Origin: Promethearchaeati archaeon
GTDB lineage: Archaea > Asgardarchaeota > Heimdallarchaeia > Heimdallarchaeales > Heimdallarchaeaceae
DNA length: 64,000 nt
Direction of reading: 5' to 3'
Assembly: GCA_013166775.1 (NCBI GenBank)
Contig: JABLTJ010000007.1
Location: 1-64,000 of the forward strand
The position numbers and the translations under genes are program-made. The notes under the pieces were generated by a model. It ran no database searches and was not told the DNA's origin. It saw only the letters and a program-made list of their open reading frames with translations. Shown one piece after another: positions 38,903 to 49,602 of this stretch (positions are counted from its first letter, which is position 1; each line of letters begins with the position of its first letter).

Positions 38903-41266
38903 TCACTCAATATAAAGCTCATCTCTAGTTGGTTCAGGAGGTTTCCTTGGCCACCAGTTCCATTTATCTGCAACTGACATAATAGCTGGAACTAATATGG
39001 TTCGAATTACAAAAGTATCAAGTAAGACAGCAATAGTTAGTATGAATCCAAATTCGTTTAGTATCATCACATTGCTGAATATCATACCTGAGAATGATAT
39101 AGCCATGATGATTCCTGCCATGCTGATTATTCCACCTGTTTTGTAAAGTCCTTTTATAACAGATGCTCTTTCAGTATAACCTTTATTTCGAAATTCGCTA
39201 ACTCGAGAGAGTAGGAATATATCATAATCTAGCCCAAGTCCAATTAGTATACTAAAACTCATTGGTATAGTTGCCCAATATAATGAATCTATATCTCTTA
39301 GAGCAGGGAATAACCAATCAAGAATTCCAACATCGAAGATTAAAGCTGATAATCCATATATCCATGATATAGTAAGACCAATAGTTAGTATCAATCTAAA
39401 TGGGATAAGTATTGATCTGAACATGATAGCGATAACAATGTACACAATTGCTACGATGATTGCACAAGTTATGGGTAATAGGCTGTACACTCTTTCTACG
39501 GCATCTACTACTTCTGTACTCCCACCAGCAAGATGGATATTATATGAACTATTTGTTTGGAAATCATTTAGAATTTCTCTAGTATCTTTAATCCAATCTT
39601 CTACATAACTACCAAAGGGATCAAAGTTAGGTTGAATATCTATAAGCACTGTAGAATTATCTTCGTTAGTATATCTTTCAAACATCATTCTATATAATAG
39701 TCCTTCAGTAGAGTTGTAAGAAACAGATAAAGGATTTAAGTAATTTAATGCAATAAAGAAAGGAATCACGAATCCTTGTCCCCAAGAGATCGTAATGAAT
39801 GAATTATTCGTTATTTCCGTTTGTTCTGATATATTGATTATGATATTCCTACTGAATGCAAAAAACTCTGGAGAAATAACTTCATTAGTAGTTTCAGTCT
39901 CAATTATGAGATACATTGGTCCAAGAATTCCTGGTTGAAAATCCTCTTTGAGTATGGCAAAAGCATTTGAAGAATCTGCATTTCTTGGCATAATATGATT
40001 CTCACCTATGGTTGTTCCAATTTTCATTGTCTGAATGGAAATTGGTATTGCAAAAGCGAAAATAATTATAATAATTGGTAAAGCATATCTGGTTGTGAAT
40101 TTACCGAGTTTGAACCAGATACTTTTCATCTGATTCTGCAATTCTATAAGCTTTCTTGGTTGTTCTTTCTCAGGAAGCTTTTTTTTCTTTCTTTCAAGGA
40201 GTGAGAAATTTGAAAAGAATTTACCAAATAGAATCAACAGAGATGGAACGAGAGTAAGATTAACAAGTAAGGTAACTGCGATACATACAACTGCTCCAAG
40301 CCCGATTGAAGCAAGAAGTCCAACAGGAAAGAAAACTAAACCTAAGAATGTTATAGCAAGTGTAATTCCACTTACAGATATTGTGTGACCTGCATGTTCT
40401 AACATTTCTTGAACAGAATCGTCATTAGCTCTTTCCTTTAGTAATTCTTCACGATATCTTGATAGGAGAAATAGAGAATAATCTATCGATAATGCTATAA
40501 CAAGTGACATAATAACAGATGGTACAAAACTGAAAACAGGCATTACTCGAGCTAACGGATACATAAGAAAGAAAGACGTAGCAATTGAAAATCCAACACT
40601 GATAATTGGGAGGATCATCAGCCTAAAACTTCTTAGAACTAAAGCTAAAATAATCAGTGCTATTGGTAAAACTATAGAATCCATCATTATAATGTCTCTT
40701 TCAGCTGATTTTTGCATATCTTCAAAAAGAATCTCTGCACCAGTAAGCAAGATTGTAAAACCTTCAGGTTCAATACTTATTACAAGTTCTTTTAGATACT
40801 CGATAAAATTACTTGTTTCATCTTCTGACCACTGTACAAGACTTATTTCAAGTATAGTTGTATTAGTTGAATCAGATACATACCCAAAAGCTGCTTCAGG
40901 GAGACCGATCTCCATCATGAAGAAATAACCATTTATGTCTGTAACTAAATCACTAAATGATGATGATAAAAGCGAATTCCTTAATGCATAACTGAAATCT
41001 CTCGTTTCATTACACAAAGATGTTCCATTTACATTATAGATGACTACTACAATAGTTGTTTCAGTATCAATATCTGGGAATTCTTCCCTTAGTACTTCAT
41101 TTGCAATGTGTGATGGAGTATCATCAGGAACATTAAAATCAGAACTTGTTTCACCTAAAAATTTTGGTGCAAGCCAAATTGAGAAACCAAGAACAATTAA
41201 CCATAAAACAATTATTAATATTTTGATTTTTTTTATAAAATTGACGTATTTTTCTACTAATCTCAT
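38903..41266 (-). CDS. MMPL/RND family transporter
   Basis: DYSLFLLSRYREE; GLGLDYDIFLLSRVSE; LDTFVIRTILVPA; NWWP. Confidence 0.92.
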   Translation of the reverse strand: MRLVEKYVNFIKKIKILIIVLWLIVLGFSIWLAPKFLGETSSDFNVPDDTPSHIANEVLREEFPDIDTETTIVVVIYNVNGTSLCNETRDFSYALRNSLLSSSFSDLVTDINGYFFMMEIGLPEAAFGYVSDSTNTTILEISLVQWSEDETSNFIEYLKELVISIEPEGFTILLTGAEILFEDMQKSAERDIIMMDSIVLPIALIILALVLRSFRLMILPIISVGFSIATSFFLMYPLARVMPVFSFVPSVIMSLVIALSIDYSLFLLSRYREELLKERANDDSVQEMLEHAGHTISVSGITLAITFLGLVFFPVGLLASIGLGAVVCIAVTLLVNLTLVPSLLILFGKFFSNFSLLERKKKKLPEKEQPRKLIELQNQMKSIWFKLGKFTTRYALPIIIIIFAFAIPISIQTMKIGTTIGENHIMPRNADSSNAFAILKEDFQPGILGPMYLIIETETTNEVISPEFFAFSRNIIINISEQTEITNNSFITISWGQGFVIPFFIALNYLNPLSVSYNSTEGLLYRMMFERYTNEDNSTVLIDIQPNFDPFGSYVEDWIKDTREILNDFQTNSSYNIHLAGGSTEVVDAVERVYSLLPITCAIIVAIVYIVIAIMFRSILIPFRLILTIGLTISWIYGLSALIFDVGILDWLFPALRDIDSLYWATIPMSFSILIGLGLDYDIFLLSRVSEFRNKGYTERASVIKGLYKTGGIISMAGIIMAISFSGMIFSNVMILNEFGFILTIAVLLDTFVIRTILVPAIMSVADKWNWWPRKPPEPTRDELYIE

Positions 41267-41480
41267 GTGAAACCCAGCTAAACACCAGTTAATGAAAAAA
41301 TGCTCTATATCTGCCTTTAAGCATTCGTGTCGCTGTAAAGTTCATTAAATAAACGTTTGATTAAACTATCCGTTTTGGGGAAATATTTAAAAATCAACAC
41401 ACTTGAGGTGGAAGAATTTTCCGGTCTTTTACAAGCTTCATAGAGATTTTGTGTAGAAGTCACCTTTTCTATTAGGAAAA

Positions 41481-42419
41481 TTAAATTTTCTTGAACATAA
41501 TTAATTTTTCAGACGATTTGTCTCTTTCAAAATTTAAGTATTCCAAATTTTCTAATCGATTTGCTCTGTGCAAAGGAAGTCTGATATTTAGTTCTGTAAT
41601 TTCACTACTTTTAATCAAGTATTTTTTAATCGAATACCCTAGGTCTTGAATAAAATCTATATTCCATGTTTCCAGTTTAGAAAAGACTGATACTCGTTTC
41701 ACTTTTTTGTTATCTCTTTCAAATAAATAGCCTACAATAGAATCATTGTGTAAAATTTGAAAAATTCTATTTGCACCCATATCTAGATTTTTCTTGATTT
41801 GAGGATGGTAACCTATTACTCTATTTCTTTTCATATACTCCACTCCTGAACTTCCTGAGATTTCATTAATCTCTTGGAGTAAAATAGTTTCAAAAGATTT
41901 TCTTATACTTTTGTTATAGACTGTTATTCTTTCAAATTTAAGATTATAAGTTTCCTTTTTTTTAATATTATCCACTGCAATTTTAATAAAGGTGTGTCCT
42001 TCTCCCAATGCTTGATAGTTGTATTTTTTGTAGAGCTCAATTGCAGGATCATTATTCCATAAAACTGCTAAAGCTATGAATTTCTTCTTAAGTTTTTTTG
42101 CTCTTTCTTCTGTGAAATTCATCATATATTTCCCTAAACCTTTTTTTCTGAAATTAGGTTCTACTGCAATAGCATAGATGAATACTTCTGATGCCCTATT
42201 TGTTCTAATAGATAATACGCCTGCTTTTTTTCCATCCATATAACAGAGATAATTTTCAGCATTCCTTCTGATCATTCTGAAGAGAAAGAATCTCTCAATT
42301 CGAGATGCATTTCGGAGTTCAGGATCATTTCTGAAAGCTCTTTGGAAGGATCTTTTAAAGCTTATCCAAGAATATCTACCTACAATTTTAAGTACTAACT
42401 TCACAGAAATCTCATTCAT
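41481..42419 (-). CDS. GNAT family N-acetyltransferase
   Basis: IAVEPNFRKKGLG; NDPAIELYKKYNY. Confidence 0.85.
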   Translation of the reverse strand: MNEISVKLVLKIVGRYSWISFKRSFQRAFRNDPELRNASRIERFFLFRMIRRNAENYLCYMDGKKAGVLSIRTNRASEVFIYAIAVEPNFRKKGLGKYMMNFTEERAKKLKKKFIALAVLWNNDPAIELYKKYNYQALGEGHTFIKIAVDNIKKKETYNLKFERITVYNKSIRKSFETILLQEINEISGSSGVEYMKRNRVIGYHPQIKKNLDMGANRIFQILHNDSIVGYLFERDNKKVKRVSVFSKLETWNIDFIQDLGYSIKKYLIKSSEITELNIRLPLHRANRLENLEYLNFERDKSSEKLIMFKKI

Positions 42420-42608
42420 TAGCTTTTCATTTTGAATTCTTTTTTACATGTTATAAAAGAGTTTGTTTGTAAATTTCTTAACACAAAGCAATTGGCCATA
42501 TTTTAAGTCTCATATAATCTATTTCTTTCAACATTTCAAATCATTTATAAGTAGTACGATGATTCCTAAGCAAAGGAAAGTGAAAAAGAATTTTAGAGTG
42601 ATTATCTA

Positions 42609-44276
42609 ATGGCTATAAATGAAAATTATGTTAATAAATCTGCAAATTATGTTAATAAGTATACAAATTATGTTACTATAGGAGGGATTCTTTTTATCGT
42701 TAGTGCGATTGTAAATATAATTGACAAAATGCTTAAGGGTTGGTCTTTTTCTCATGTTTCTTTAGGGTACATTATTTTTCTTTTTACTATCTTAGGGCTC
42801 TTTCCAATCGGTTGGGGGATTAAAGAATTAACAGATATTTATTTTGTAGATCATGTAACTAAAGTAGGAAAACAGACATTCAATTGGTTTATGATCTATG
42901 CTGGTGCAGTTGTTCTTGATATTATACTCCTAGGTTGGGCTTTAACAGCTGGCTTTGTAGGGATAGCGATAATTTTTGGTAGGGTAATTGGTTTCTTGAC
43001 ATTAAATAAAACTTTAGTAAAAATCAGAGATTTGTTCAATATTAAAACAGGCAGTGTTTTTTATCTAATATTCGCTTTCTATGGAGTTATAACAACAGTT
43101 TTTGGTGGAATTGCAAATTCAGTAGAAGATGAAGTGTTCCAAAGAGTTTTGTATGTATTTAATGGACCAATAGATTCTCTAATAATGATATTAGTAGGAG
43201 TAAAATTGATTCTAGATGTATTTAGAATTAGGACACTAATTTTTGAAAAAGATATAAAACCTTATTCAACTAAATCTTCATTGTTTGTAAGAAACAGGAG
43301 AAAAACACCAGATGTTCCAACAACAGCAGCCCATGTTCAATCATCTACTCAAATTACAAGATTACGCGAAGAAGTACAAAAACGAGAAGAAATGGTCAAA
43401 AAACAAGAACAGAAAATCCAAGCTAAAAAAACAATTGATGACATTATGGAAAATTATGTACAGTGCCCAAAATGTAATGCTAATACTGATAAGAATATTA
43501 AATACTGTACAAATTGCGGAGAAGTTTTTCCTAAAGATTTTCTGAAAAAGAAAGAATCGAAATCTACAGTTCAAGCACGGGAAACTAAATCAGAATCTCG
43601 CTCTCCAACAGAAGTTAAAAGAATTCTTTCTCCTAGGAAAGAAAAAATATTTCAGCAAATAGCTATGGTAATCTTTCTAACATCTTTTCTAATTTATGCA
43701 TTTATAACTGATAACTTTACTTTGATTGTTTATTCATGGATTATAATAGCTATTTTTGCTACTTATATAATAGTCAACTACATTGCTCTTTTCTTTGCTG
43801 GTCGCGGTTTTGCTATCACAACTGTATTGAGCGATCTAGCTTTCATGTTTGTTGTTCTACCAACCTTTATAGCGATTTTCACATATTTCATTTTCTTGGG
43901 AATAGAACGTGCTGTTCCTATGAGCTTACCTGTGTTCAGAGGATTTTATATCTCGTCAGTTATAGTTTTAGTAATTATAGCTGATTTACTAATTGTTAGA
44001 TATAAACTGAGAAGTACAAATATGAGTTTGAAAGAATATCTCCAGTATCGATTCGATTTCAAAGAGAGAGCTAAAGAACTTAAAAAAGATAAAGAACGAG
44101 TAGAAAAAAAGCGATCCTATTTTGATAATTTGGATAAAGTAGAAGCTCATATGGCAAAACAAAGATCAGAAAGCGTCATGCAATATGAGGATTTCGACTT
44201 TAAACAGAGATTAAAAGATTTGGGAAGCCCATTAGAAGATAGTGAGGATACAACAGATAATTCAAAAACCGAATAA
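42609..44276 (+). CDS. Membrane protein with internal double zinc ribbon and coiled coils
   Basis: Two TM blocks flanking QCPKCNA...YCTNCGE. Confidence 0.75.
   Translation: MAINENYVNKSANYVNKYTNYVTIGGILFIVSAIVNIIDKMLKGWSFSHVSLGYIIFLFTILGLFPIGWGIKELTDIYFVDHVTKVGKQTFNWFMIYAGAVVLDIILLGWALTAGFVGIAIIFGRVIGFLTLNKTLVKIRDLFNIKTGSVFYLIFAFYGVITTVFGGIANSVEDEVFQRVLYVFNGPIDSLIMILVGVKLILDVFRIRTLIFEKDIKPYSTKSSLFVRNRRKTPDVPTTAAHVQSSTQITRLREEVQKREEMVKKQEQKIQAKKTIDDIMENYVQCPKCNANTDKNIKYCTNCGEVFPKDFLKKKESKSTVQARETKSESRSPTEVKRILSPRKEKIFQQIAMVIFLTSFLIYAFITDNFTLIVYSWIIIAIFATYIIVNYIALFFAGRGFAITTVLSDLAFMFVVLPTFIAIFTYFIFLGIERAVPMSLPVFRGFYISSVIVLVIIADLLIVRYKLRSTNMSLKEYLQYRFDFKERAKELKKDKERVEKKRSYFDNLDKVEAHMAKQRSESVMQYEDFDFKQRLKDLGSPLEDSEDTTDNSKTE
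42623..42675 (+). repeat. 21-nt coding tandem repeat (NYVNKxx, ~2.5 copies)
   Basis: AAATTATGTTA starts at 42623, 42644 and 42665. Confidence 0.75.
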
Positions 44277-44363
44277 GAACCAATTTCTTGTTAAAATAGA
44301 GTTACGGAAACCATAGGAAGAGATATAATCCTTTATTGTTTCTTTGGAATAGAAATGCAATAA

Positions 44364-45308
44364 GTGTTAACCTTGAGTTTCAAATCAGATGTTAGGCGAA
44401 AAATTGAGTATCAATGCAACACATGTGGGAAGTTACGTTTGCTGTTTATTGCTCCAGCTTTACAATCTGATAAAGTAGAACAAACTGGATATATAGAATA
44501 TTGTGATGTTCATATCTGCAAAAATAAAAATCTTAATGCAATAAAATTATGTGTAGATCATAATTACGATGTGAGATCTCAAGTTACAGTAGAAACAAAA
44601 ACAAGTTCTGAAGAACCAGCTTTTACTGAAATTGAAGGACTTAATATTCCTACACCTAAGAAAGCTGAATTAAGAGAACAAGAAATTATTCCAACTAGAG
44701 ATTTTGGTGCTTATAGTTTAAAGCGTATGGTTATTAAGGATAAACTAAGACAAAGTTCCTTCTTGTTAGAGGGTGTAAAAGAAGGAGTGGAAGTTATTGC
44801 AAATTCTCCCCTGAATTTTATAGAAATTGATATTTTTATCTCCGAGGACATTAATACAGAAACAGTGTACGAGTGGTTATTGAGTCTATCAAATATACTA
44901 GAGTCACTTGTTTATTTAGATGAAAGTTTGTTAAGCTATCTTGGAACCTATTTAGATCATATGATCATCAGCCCTCCAAAAGAGAAGGAACTGCTTGAAT
45001 TATCTCTTTTACTCAACTCAACAGTAGCAATCCCTCATTCAACAGATGAACACATAAAAATATTTGAAGAACATGTCAACGAACTTTTCCCTGAATTAAA
45101 TGTAGTGAGCTATAGAATGTATAGAGCAATAATGGAAGCTTGTTTAAAGAATGAACAAAATAGAGTTATTGATATATATGAAGATGTTAAAAAGAAGATT
45201 GTTCAAATCCAAGCTTTCCCTTATTTTATATCAATAATAGGAACTTTAGTTTCATTTGGTTTCATCAATTTAGAAAAACTAGAGTTCTATTCTATTTCAG
45301 AATTTTAA
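44364..45308 (+). CDS. Hypothetical protein with N-terminal CxxC...HxC metal site
   Basis: YQCNTCGK...CDVHICK...VDHNYDVRSQ. Confidence 0.65.
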   Translation: MLTLSFKSDVRRKIEYQCNTCGKLRLLFIAPALQSDKVEQTGYIEYCDVHICKNKNLNAIKLCVDHNYDVRSQVTVETKTSSEEPAFTEIEGLNIPTPKKAELREQEIIPTRDFGAYSLKRMVIKDKLRQSSFLLEGVKEGVEVIANSPLNFIEIDIFISEDINTETVYEWLLSLSNILESLVYLDESLLSYLGTYLDHMIISPPKEKELLELSLLLNSTVAIPHSTDEHIKIFEEHVNELFPELNVVSYRMYRAIMEACLKNEQNRVIDIYEDVKKKIVQIQAFPYFISIIGTLVSFGFINLEKLEFYSISEF

Positions 45309-45325
45309 ACTAAAGGAAGAGATAC

Positions 45326-46612
45326 ATGATGGATTTTAAAGAGGAATTCGATCATATAGCTGCTTTTAGAACAATGAGAGCTTTATGCGAAAGATATAGT
45401 TCAAGAGTATCTGGTTCAACTCAAGAATTGGAAGCTATGCGATATCTTGTTCAACAATTTAGAAAAAAAGTAGGTTTTTATCCTGTTGTGGATCAATATC
45501 CAGTTAAATACTATAAAGGTCATTATGCTAGTATTCAGATTCTTCCTGATGGTGATATCATTGAAGGAAGACCACAATGGATGACAATTAACTCTCCAAG
45601 TACTGGAGTAGAAGATGAATTACAAGTTGTATATCTTGATGGAGAGAATATTGTTGCTTCTGATAATTTTACACATAAAATTGTTATTATTAAATCATCA
45701 AAAGATTATCTAACCCCAGATATATTTATTCAAATAAAAGAGATTTACAAGCAAAAACCAAGCGGTGTAATAATCTTAAGTTCTTATCATCCTGAAGTAA
45801 TAAGATCTGATATTATTTTCAAAGATTACTCAATATTTTCTGAAATTCCAACTATAATTCTTCCAGAAGCAAAGTTCCCAATAGAAAATATTGAAGGAAA
45901 GAAAGGTAAACTACTTATTTTCGGTGAGATCGATAGAGGGAACTTGTTTAATATTTCTCTCATAATTCCAGGTTCAAAAAAAGAATTCATCCTTGTATAT
46001 GCTAATCATGACACTGTAGAAAATACACAGGGAGCTAGAGAAAATGCAGCAGGTGTTGCAATTCTACTAGAAGTAGCTAAGAAAATTTCAAGGTATAAAC
46101 TAAAATATTCATACAGATTTATAACTTTAGGAGGAAAAGAAATGGGTCTAGAGGGGATGAGGAAAATTCTAGATGATTATGATACCTCAAACGTTATTCT
46201 AGGTATAAATATTGACAGCATTGACTCTAATCCAAATAAGATTGTACTATCAGTTTCTGGAGATGAGTATCTCATGGAAATCGTAGAGACAATCAATGAA
46301 TCAAATGATTTTCCCATCGAAACTGAAAAAGGAATACCATTAGGTAAAGATAACTTAGTTATGACTGAAAAAGATATTCCTTCAATTACAATTATGTTAA
46401 AGGATAATGAATCTAAAAATATCTTTCGAACAGAACTTGATTCAATCGATGAGTATGATCCAGAATCATTGAAAAAAGTTGGGGATTATCTCTTAAAATT
46501 CATTAGTAAAATGGAACAAATGAAGGAGGTTGAATTTACTAAAAATATCCCAAGAGATCTTAAAGTTGAAGCAGTAAAATATTTTGAAATTCTACGACTT
46601 TATCAAGAGTAA
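45326..46612 (+). CDS. M28 peptidase homolog with PA-like insert and degenerate active site
   Basis: RVSGS..E; ANHDT..GARENAAGVAILLEVA; GGKEMGLEG; INIDS; FRTELD. Confidence 0.8.
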   Translation: MMDFKEEFDHIAAFRTMRALCERYSSRVSGSTQELEAMRYLVQQFRKKVGFYPVVDQYPVKYYKGHYASIQILPDGDIIEGRPQWMTINSPSTGVEDELQVVYLDGENIVASDNFTHKIVIIKSSKDYLTPDIFIQIKEIYKQKPSGVIILSSYHPEVIRSDIIFKDYSIFSEIPTIILPEAKFPIENIEGKKGKLLIFGEIDRGNLFNISLIIPGSKKEFILVYANHDTVENTQGARENAAGVAILLEVAKKISRYKLKYSYRFITLGGKEMGLEGMRKILDDYDTSNVILGINIDSIDSNPNKIVLSVSGDEYLMEIVETINESNDFPIETEKGIPLGKDNLVMTEKDIPSITIMLKDNESKNIFRTELDSIDEYDPESLKKVGDYLLKFISKMEQMKEVEFTKNIPRDLKVEAVKYFEILRLYQE

Positions 46613-46742
46613 AAACATATTCTTAGAATCAAATTAGATGATTTTTGTCGCAAATACTCGAAAGAATCACTAATTTTCTAGAATTCATTTAAAAAGGAGC
46701 TAATAAAGCTTAAAAATGTGAAAAAAAATATCAAAATGACTA

Positions 46743-47057
46743 GTGTTTTTCATGACTGAAAAAGAAGAACAGAGCATGTGGAAAGTACTTCAAGAAATGT
46801 CTAGAAAGGAAAAAGAAGAAGCAGAAAAATTATACGATATAATCAAAATTTTAATGGTCGAATATAACGGTAAAATTCCAATCAAAACAGTTCTCTCTAG
46901 ATTAGGTTTTAATTCAATTGATGAAATGATAGATTGGGAATTAACATGGTTACCACGAAGGGAACTTAATATTAAAATGGAGTATAATGAAGAGAATATA
47001 AAAATCAAAAAAAATGCTTTTGATGATGATGATTTAAGTGTTTATGATTTCTTCTAA
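46743..47057 (+). CDS. Small hypothetical protein, possibly winged helix
   Basis: GKIPIKTVLSRLGFNSIDEMIDW; acidic tail DDDDLSVYDFF. Confidence 0.55.
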   Translation: MFFMTEKEEQSMWKVLQEMSRKEKEEAEKLYDIIKILMVEYNGKIPIKTVLSRLGFNSIDEMIDWELTWLPRRELNIKMEYNEENIKIKKNAFDDDDLSVYDFF

Positions 47058-47070
47058 CATCATTTAATTA

Positions 47071-48186
47071 TTATTCAATAATTTCCTCTAAGCCTTCTTG
47101 AAATAGTTTTAATCCTTCTATAAGATATTCTTTTTCAGAACCTATCCCAATTCGGAGATAACCATCCATACCAAAACAATCTCCTGCAATAATAAGTAAA
47201 CTTTTTTCGTCTCTGAGTTTGGTTGTAAGTTTGGTTGAGTTCATATCAAAATGATATTTTAGGAAAGCAATAGCAGCTGCTTGGGGGGGAATGAAACTAA
47301 ATAATGATTTTAGACTATCCAACCACTCTGTTAAAACAACTAAATTTTCTTTAAGCATTTTTCTGTTTCTATCCAAAATCTGTAATCTGAGATCAGAAGA
47401 TAGAACCCAGTATGCAATTTGTTGATCCAGAGCACCTGTTGCAATTGTAGTATAATCTTTGTAAGACCAAGCTTTCTCAGCTACTTCTTCTGTTGAAACC
47501 AACCACCCCATACGTAATCCTGGAAGACTGTAAGCTTTTGATAATCCACCAACAGCAATTACTTTGTCATATAAACCATAAAAGGAAGGAGTTTCTATAC
47601 CACTAATTTCCGCACCACGGTAGACTTCATCAGAAAGAATCCAAGAATTAGCTTCATTTGCGATACCAATAATCTCTTCCATTGCTTTCTTAGTAAGTAT
47701 GGATCCAGTAGGATTGTTTGGATTGCAAACTGCTATCATTTTTGTTTTATCAGAAACTAGACTCTTAAGTTCATCAAGATCAGGTTGCCAGTTTAACTCC
47801 TCTTTGAGATGAAAAGGTTTGACATTAACTTCAAAGGATCGAGCTATTCCCCAAATTTGCATGTAATTTGGAAGCATTAATAAGAGTTCATCTCCTGGTT
47901 CCAAAATACTCCAAATAGAAAGAAAATTGGATTCAGCTGAACCATTAGTAACTGAAACATTATCTAGGTTAGCTCCAGGATAAAGTTCGCTTATAGCTGT
48001 TCTCAATTCAATAGAACCGTTAGTTTGACCATAACCTATTCGAACATCTCTGAGCTGTTCAATTTGCTTTTCATTCAGTAGTTCGTTCAAGGTATATGGA
48101 TGAAAACCACTTTCTGTTAAATTGTAATCGACTATATTTTCCCATAAGGATTGACGTCTTTCTAGCTCAAAAATCTCAATTTTCAT
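47071..48186 (-). CDS. Class I/II PLP-dependent aminotransferase
   Basis: NPNNPTG; DEVY; GLSKAYSLPGLRMGW. Confidence 0.92.
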   Translation of the reverse strand: MKIEIFELERRQSLWENIVDYNLTESGFHPYTLNELLNEKQIEQLRDVRIGYGQTNGSIELRTAISELYPGANLDNVSVTNGSAESNFLSIWSILEPGDELLLMLPNYMQIWGIARSFEVNVKPFHLKEELNWQPDLDELKSLVSDKTKMIAVCNPNNPTGSILTKKAMEEIIGIANEANSWILSDEVYRGAEISGIETPSFYGLYDKVIAVGGLSKAYSLPGLRMGWLVSTEEVAEKAWSYKDYTTIATGALDQQIAYWVLSSDLRLQILDRNRKMLKENLVVLTEWLDSLKSLFSFIPPQAAAIAFLKYHFDMNSTKLTTKLRDEKSLLIIAGDCFGMDGYLRIGIGSEKEYLIEGLKLFQEGLEEIIE

Positions 48187-48237
48187 GATATCAGAATTGA
48201 TAGAAATTAAAGGTATATAAATTATTACGAGGATAAA

Positions 48238-48924
48238 TCATTGAGAGTAAGGTTTTGCATCCATTTGAGCTCCTTTCTTTTCTACCATTCTTTTCCAACC
48301 TATATTATTCATCCAAGTTACTATTCTTTTCATAATTCTGGTATACCAAAAATCAGGAAGTATTTTCAGTTCTATATCTTGATAGTTTTCATTAGATAGT
48401 AAAGCATCGGAGATTTGATTTAGAGCTTCAAGTAAGAGATTAGCTACCTTACCAAGTTCATCTAATTTCTTACCACTATCTTTTTGCATATTGTGGAACA
48501 TTTGTCCTCCACCAATTGCTAAGCTTCCAAACCAATCGAGACCAACAGTCTCAGCAAATTTACGATAAATGGGTATAGCTACAGCAGTAATTTGATTAGG
48601 TTCAGGGAAACCACAGTTCATTATTGGAATGAATTTCTTTCCTTCAAGTTGCATCTTTTTCTCAAAAATTATCTCCATAGTTTTGATAACTATATATGGT
48701 TGACAGTCATCAAATAGTGGAGCAGTAAGAATTATTATATCAGCTAAATCAATTGCCTTAACCATTTCTGAGATTTTATCTTCACTCGAAAGCTGATTCC
48801 TGATTATAAGTGAACTAGTTTCAAAACCATTTGGACGAATAGTATCAAGAATATAGTTACCTACATTAGTGGATGTACTTATTCTTCCTCTGGGACTTCC
48901 AACTAACAAGAGTACTTTCGTCAT
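48238..48924 (-). CDS. Flavodoxin-like NAD(P)H-dependent oxidoreductase
   Basis: LLVGSPRG..STS; APLF.D; NCGFPE. Confidence 0.8.
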   Translation of the reverse strand: MTKVLLLVGSPRGRISTSTNVGNYILDTIRPNGFETSSLIIRNQLSSEDKISEMVKAIDLADIIILTAPLFDDCQPYIVIKTMEIIFEKKMQLEGKKFIPIMNCGFPEPNQITAVAIPIYRKFAETVGLDWFGSLAIGGGQMFHNMQKDSGKKLDELGKVANLLLEALNQISDALLSNENYQDIELKILPDFWYTRIMKRIVTWMNNIGWKRMVEKKGAQMDAKPYSQ

Positions 48925-49502
48925 TTTTTCAACTCCATATCATTAATGATTTGCTTCAATTTTGCTCTCAGAGAATCTAAATTTTTCACATCTCTAATGA
49001 TTTCAGATTTGTATTTGGGCGGATAAAAATTCTTGCTATGTCTGTCTATCAGTAATCCAAACAATGCTTCTTCTCCAGAATCTTCTTTCTCTGTAAAAGC
49101 GATTGCAATAAGGGAAGGATAACGTTCATATCTCTTACGATGATGAGACTCGCCTTTGATCAGATTTACACCTGGCAGAAGAAGTCCTAATAACCGTTCT
49201 ATAATTTTCTTCAATTCTGATGAATAACCTCCAAAAGTTAGAGGGGTAAGGAAAACTAATAATTCACTTTGGATTACTTTTTCAGCAATTTCATTCGCGA
49301 TGTCTCCTTTTACACCAGTACAAATACCTGGTGTTGTATCCCAGCATTTGAAGCAACCAATACAGCTCTTAATATCAGTTTGGTGTAGAAGATAAGTTTC
49401 TGGAACTAAACCAATATTCTTCAGCTCTTCTTCCATTATCTTTTGGAGGGGTATCAGATCTTTTTGATTACTTAAACTACCATTAAAAATTACAGCACTC
49501 AT
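48921..49502 (-). CDS. Iron-sulfur flavoprotein-like flavodoxin
   Basis: FNGS; CIGCFKCW..TPGIC; TPLTFGGYSSELKK; ATGA overlap with next gene. Confidence 0.82.
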   Translation of the reverse strand: MSAVIFNGSLSNQKDLIPLQKIMEEELKNIGLVPETYLLHQTDIKSCIGCFKCWDTTPGICTGVKGDIANEIAEKVIQSELLVFLTPLTFGGYSSELKKIIERLLGLLLPGVNLIKGESHHRKRYERYPSLIAIAFTEKEDSGEEALFGLLIDRHSKNFYPPKYKSEIIRDVKNLDSLRAKLKQIINDMELKK

Positions 49503-49602
49503 TGGAAATATTCCCAGTTATGTTTTTTTTCAAAGATTTTTCCTCGTTTTTAAACCTTTTGAGAGAAATTCTTTTTAGTAATAAGGATATAACGTCTTTT
49601 TA

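Noticed and set aside
41270-41480. Intergenic stretch as a possible ncRNA or riboswitch
   Set aside because: No convincing stems or recognisable RNA motif by eye; a covariance-model search would be needed
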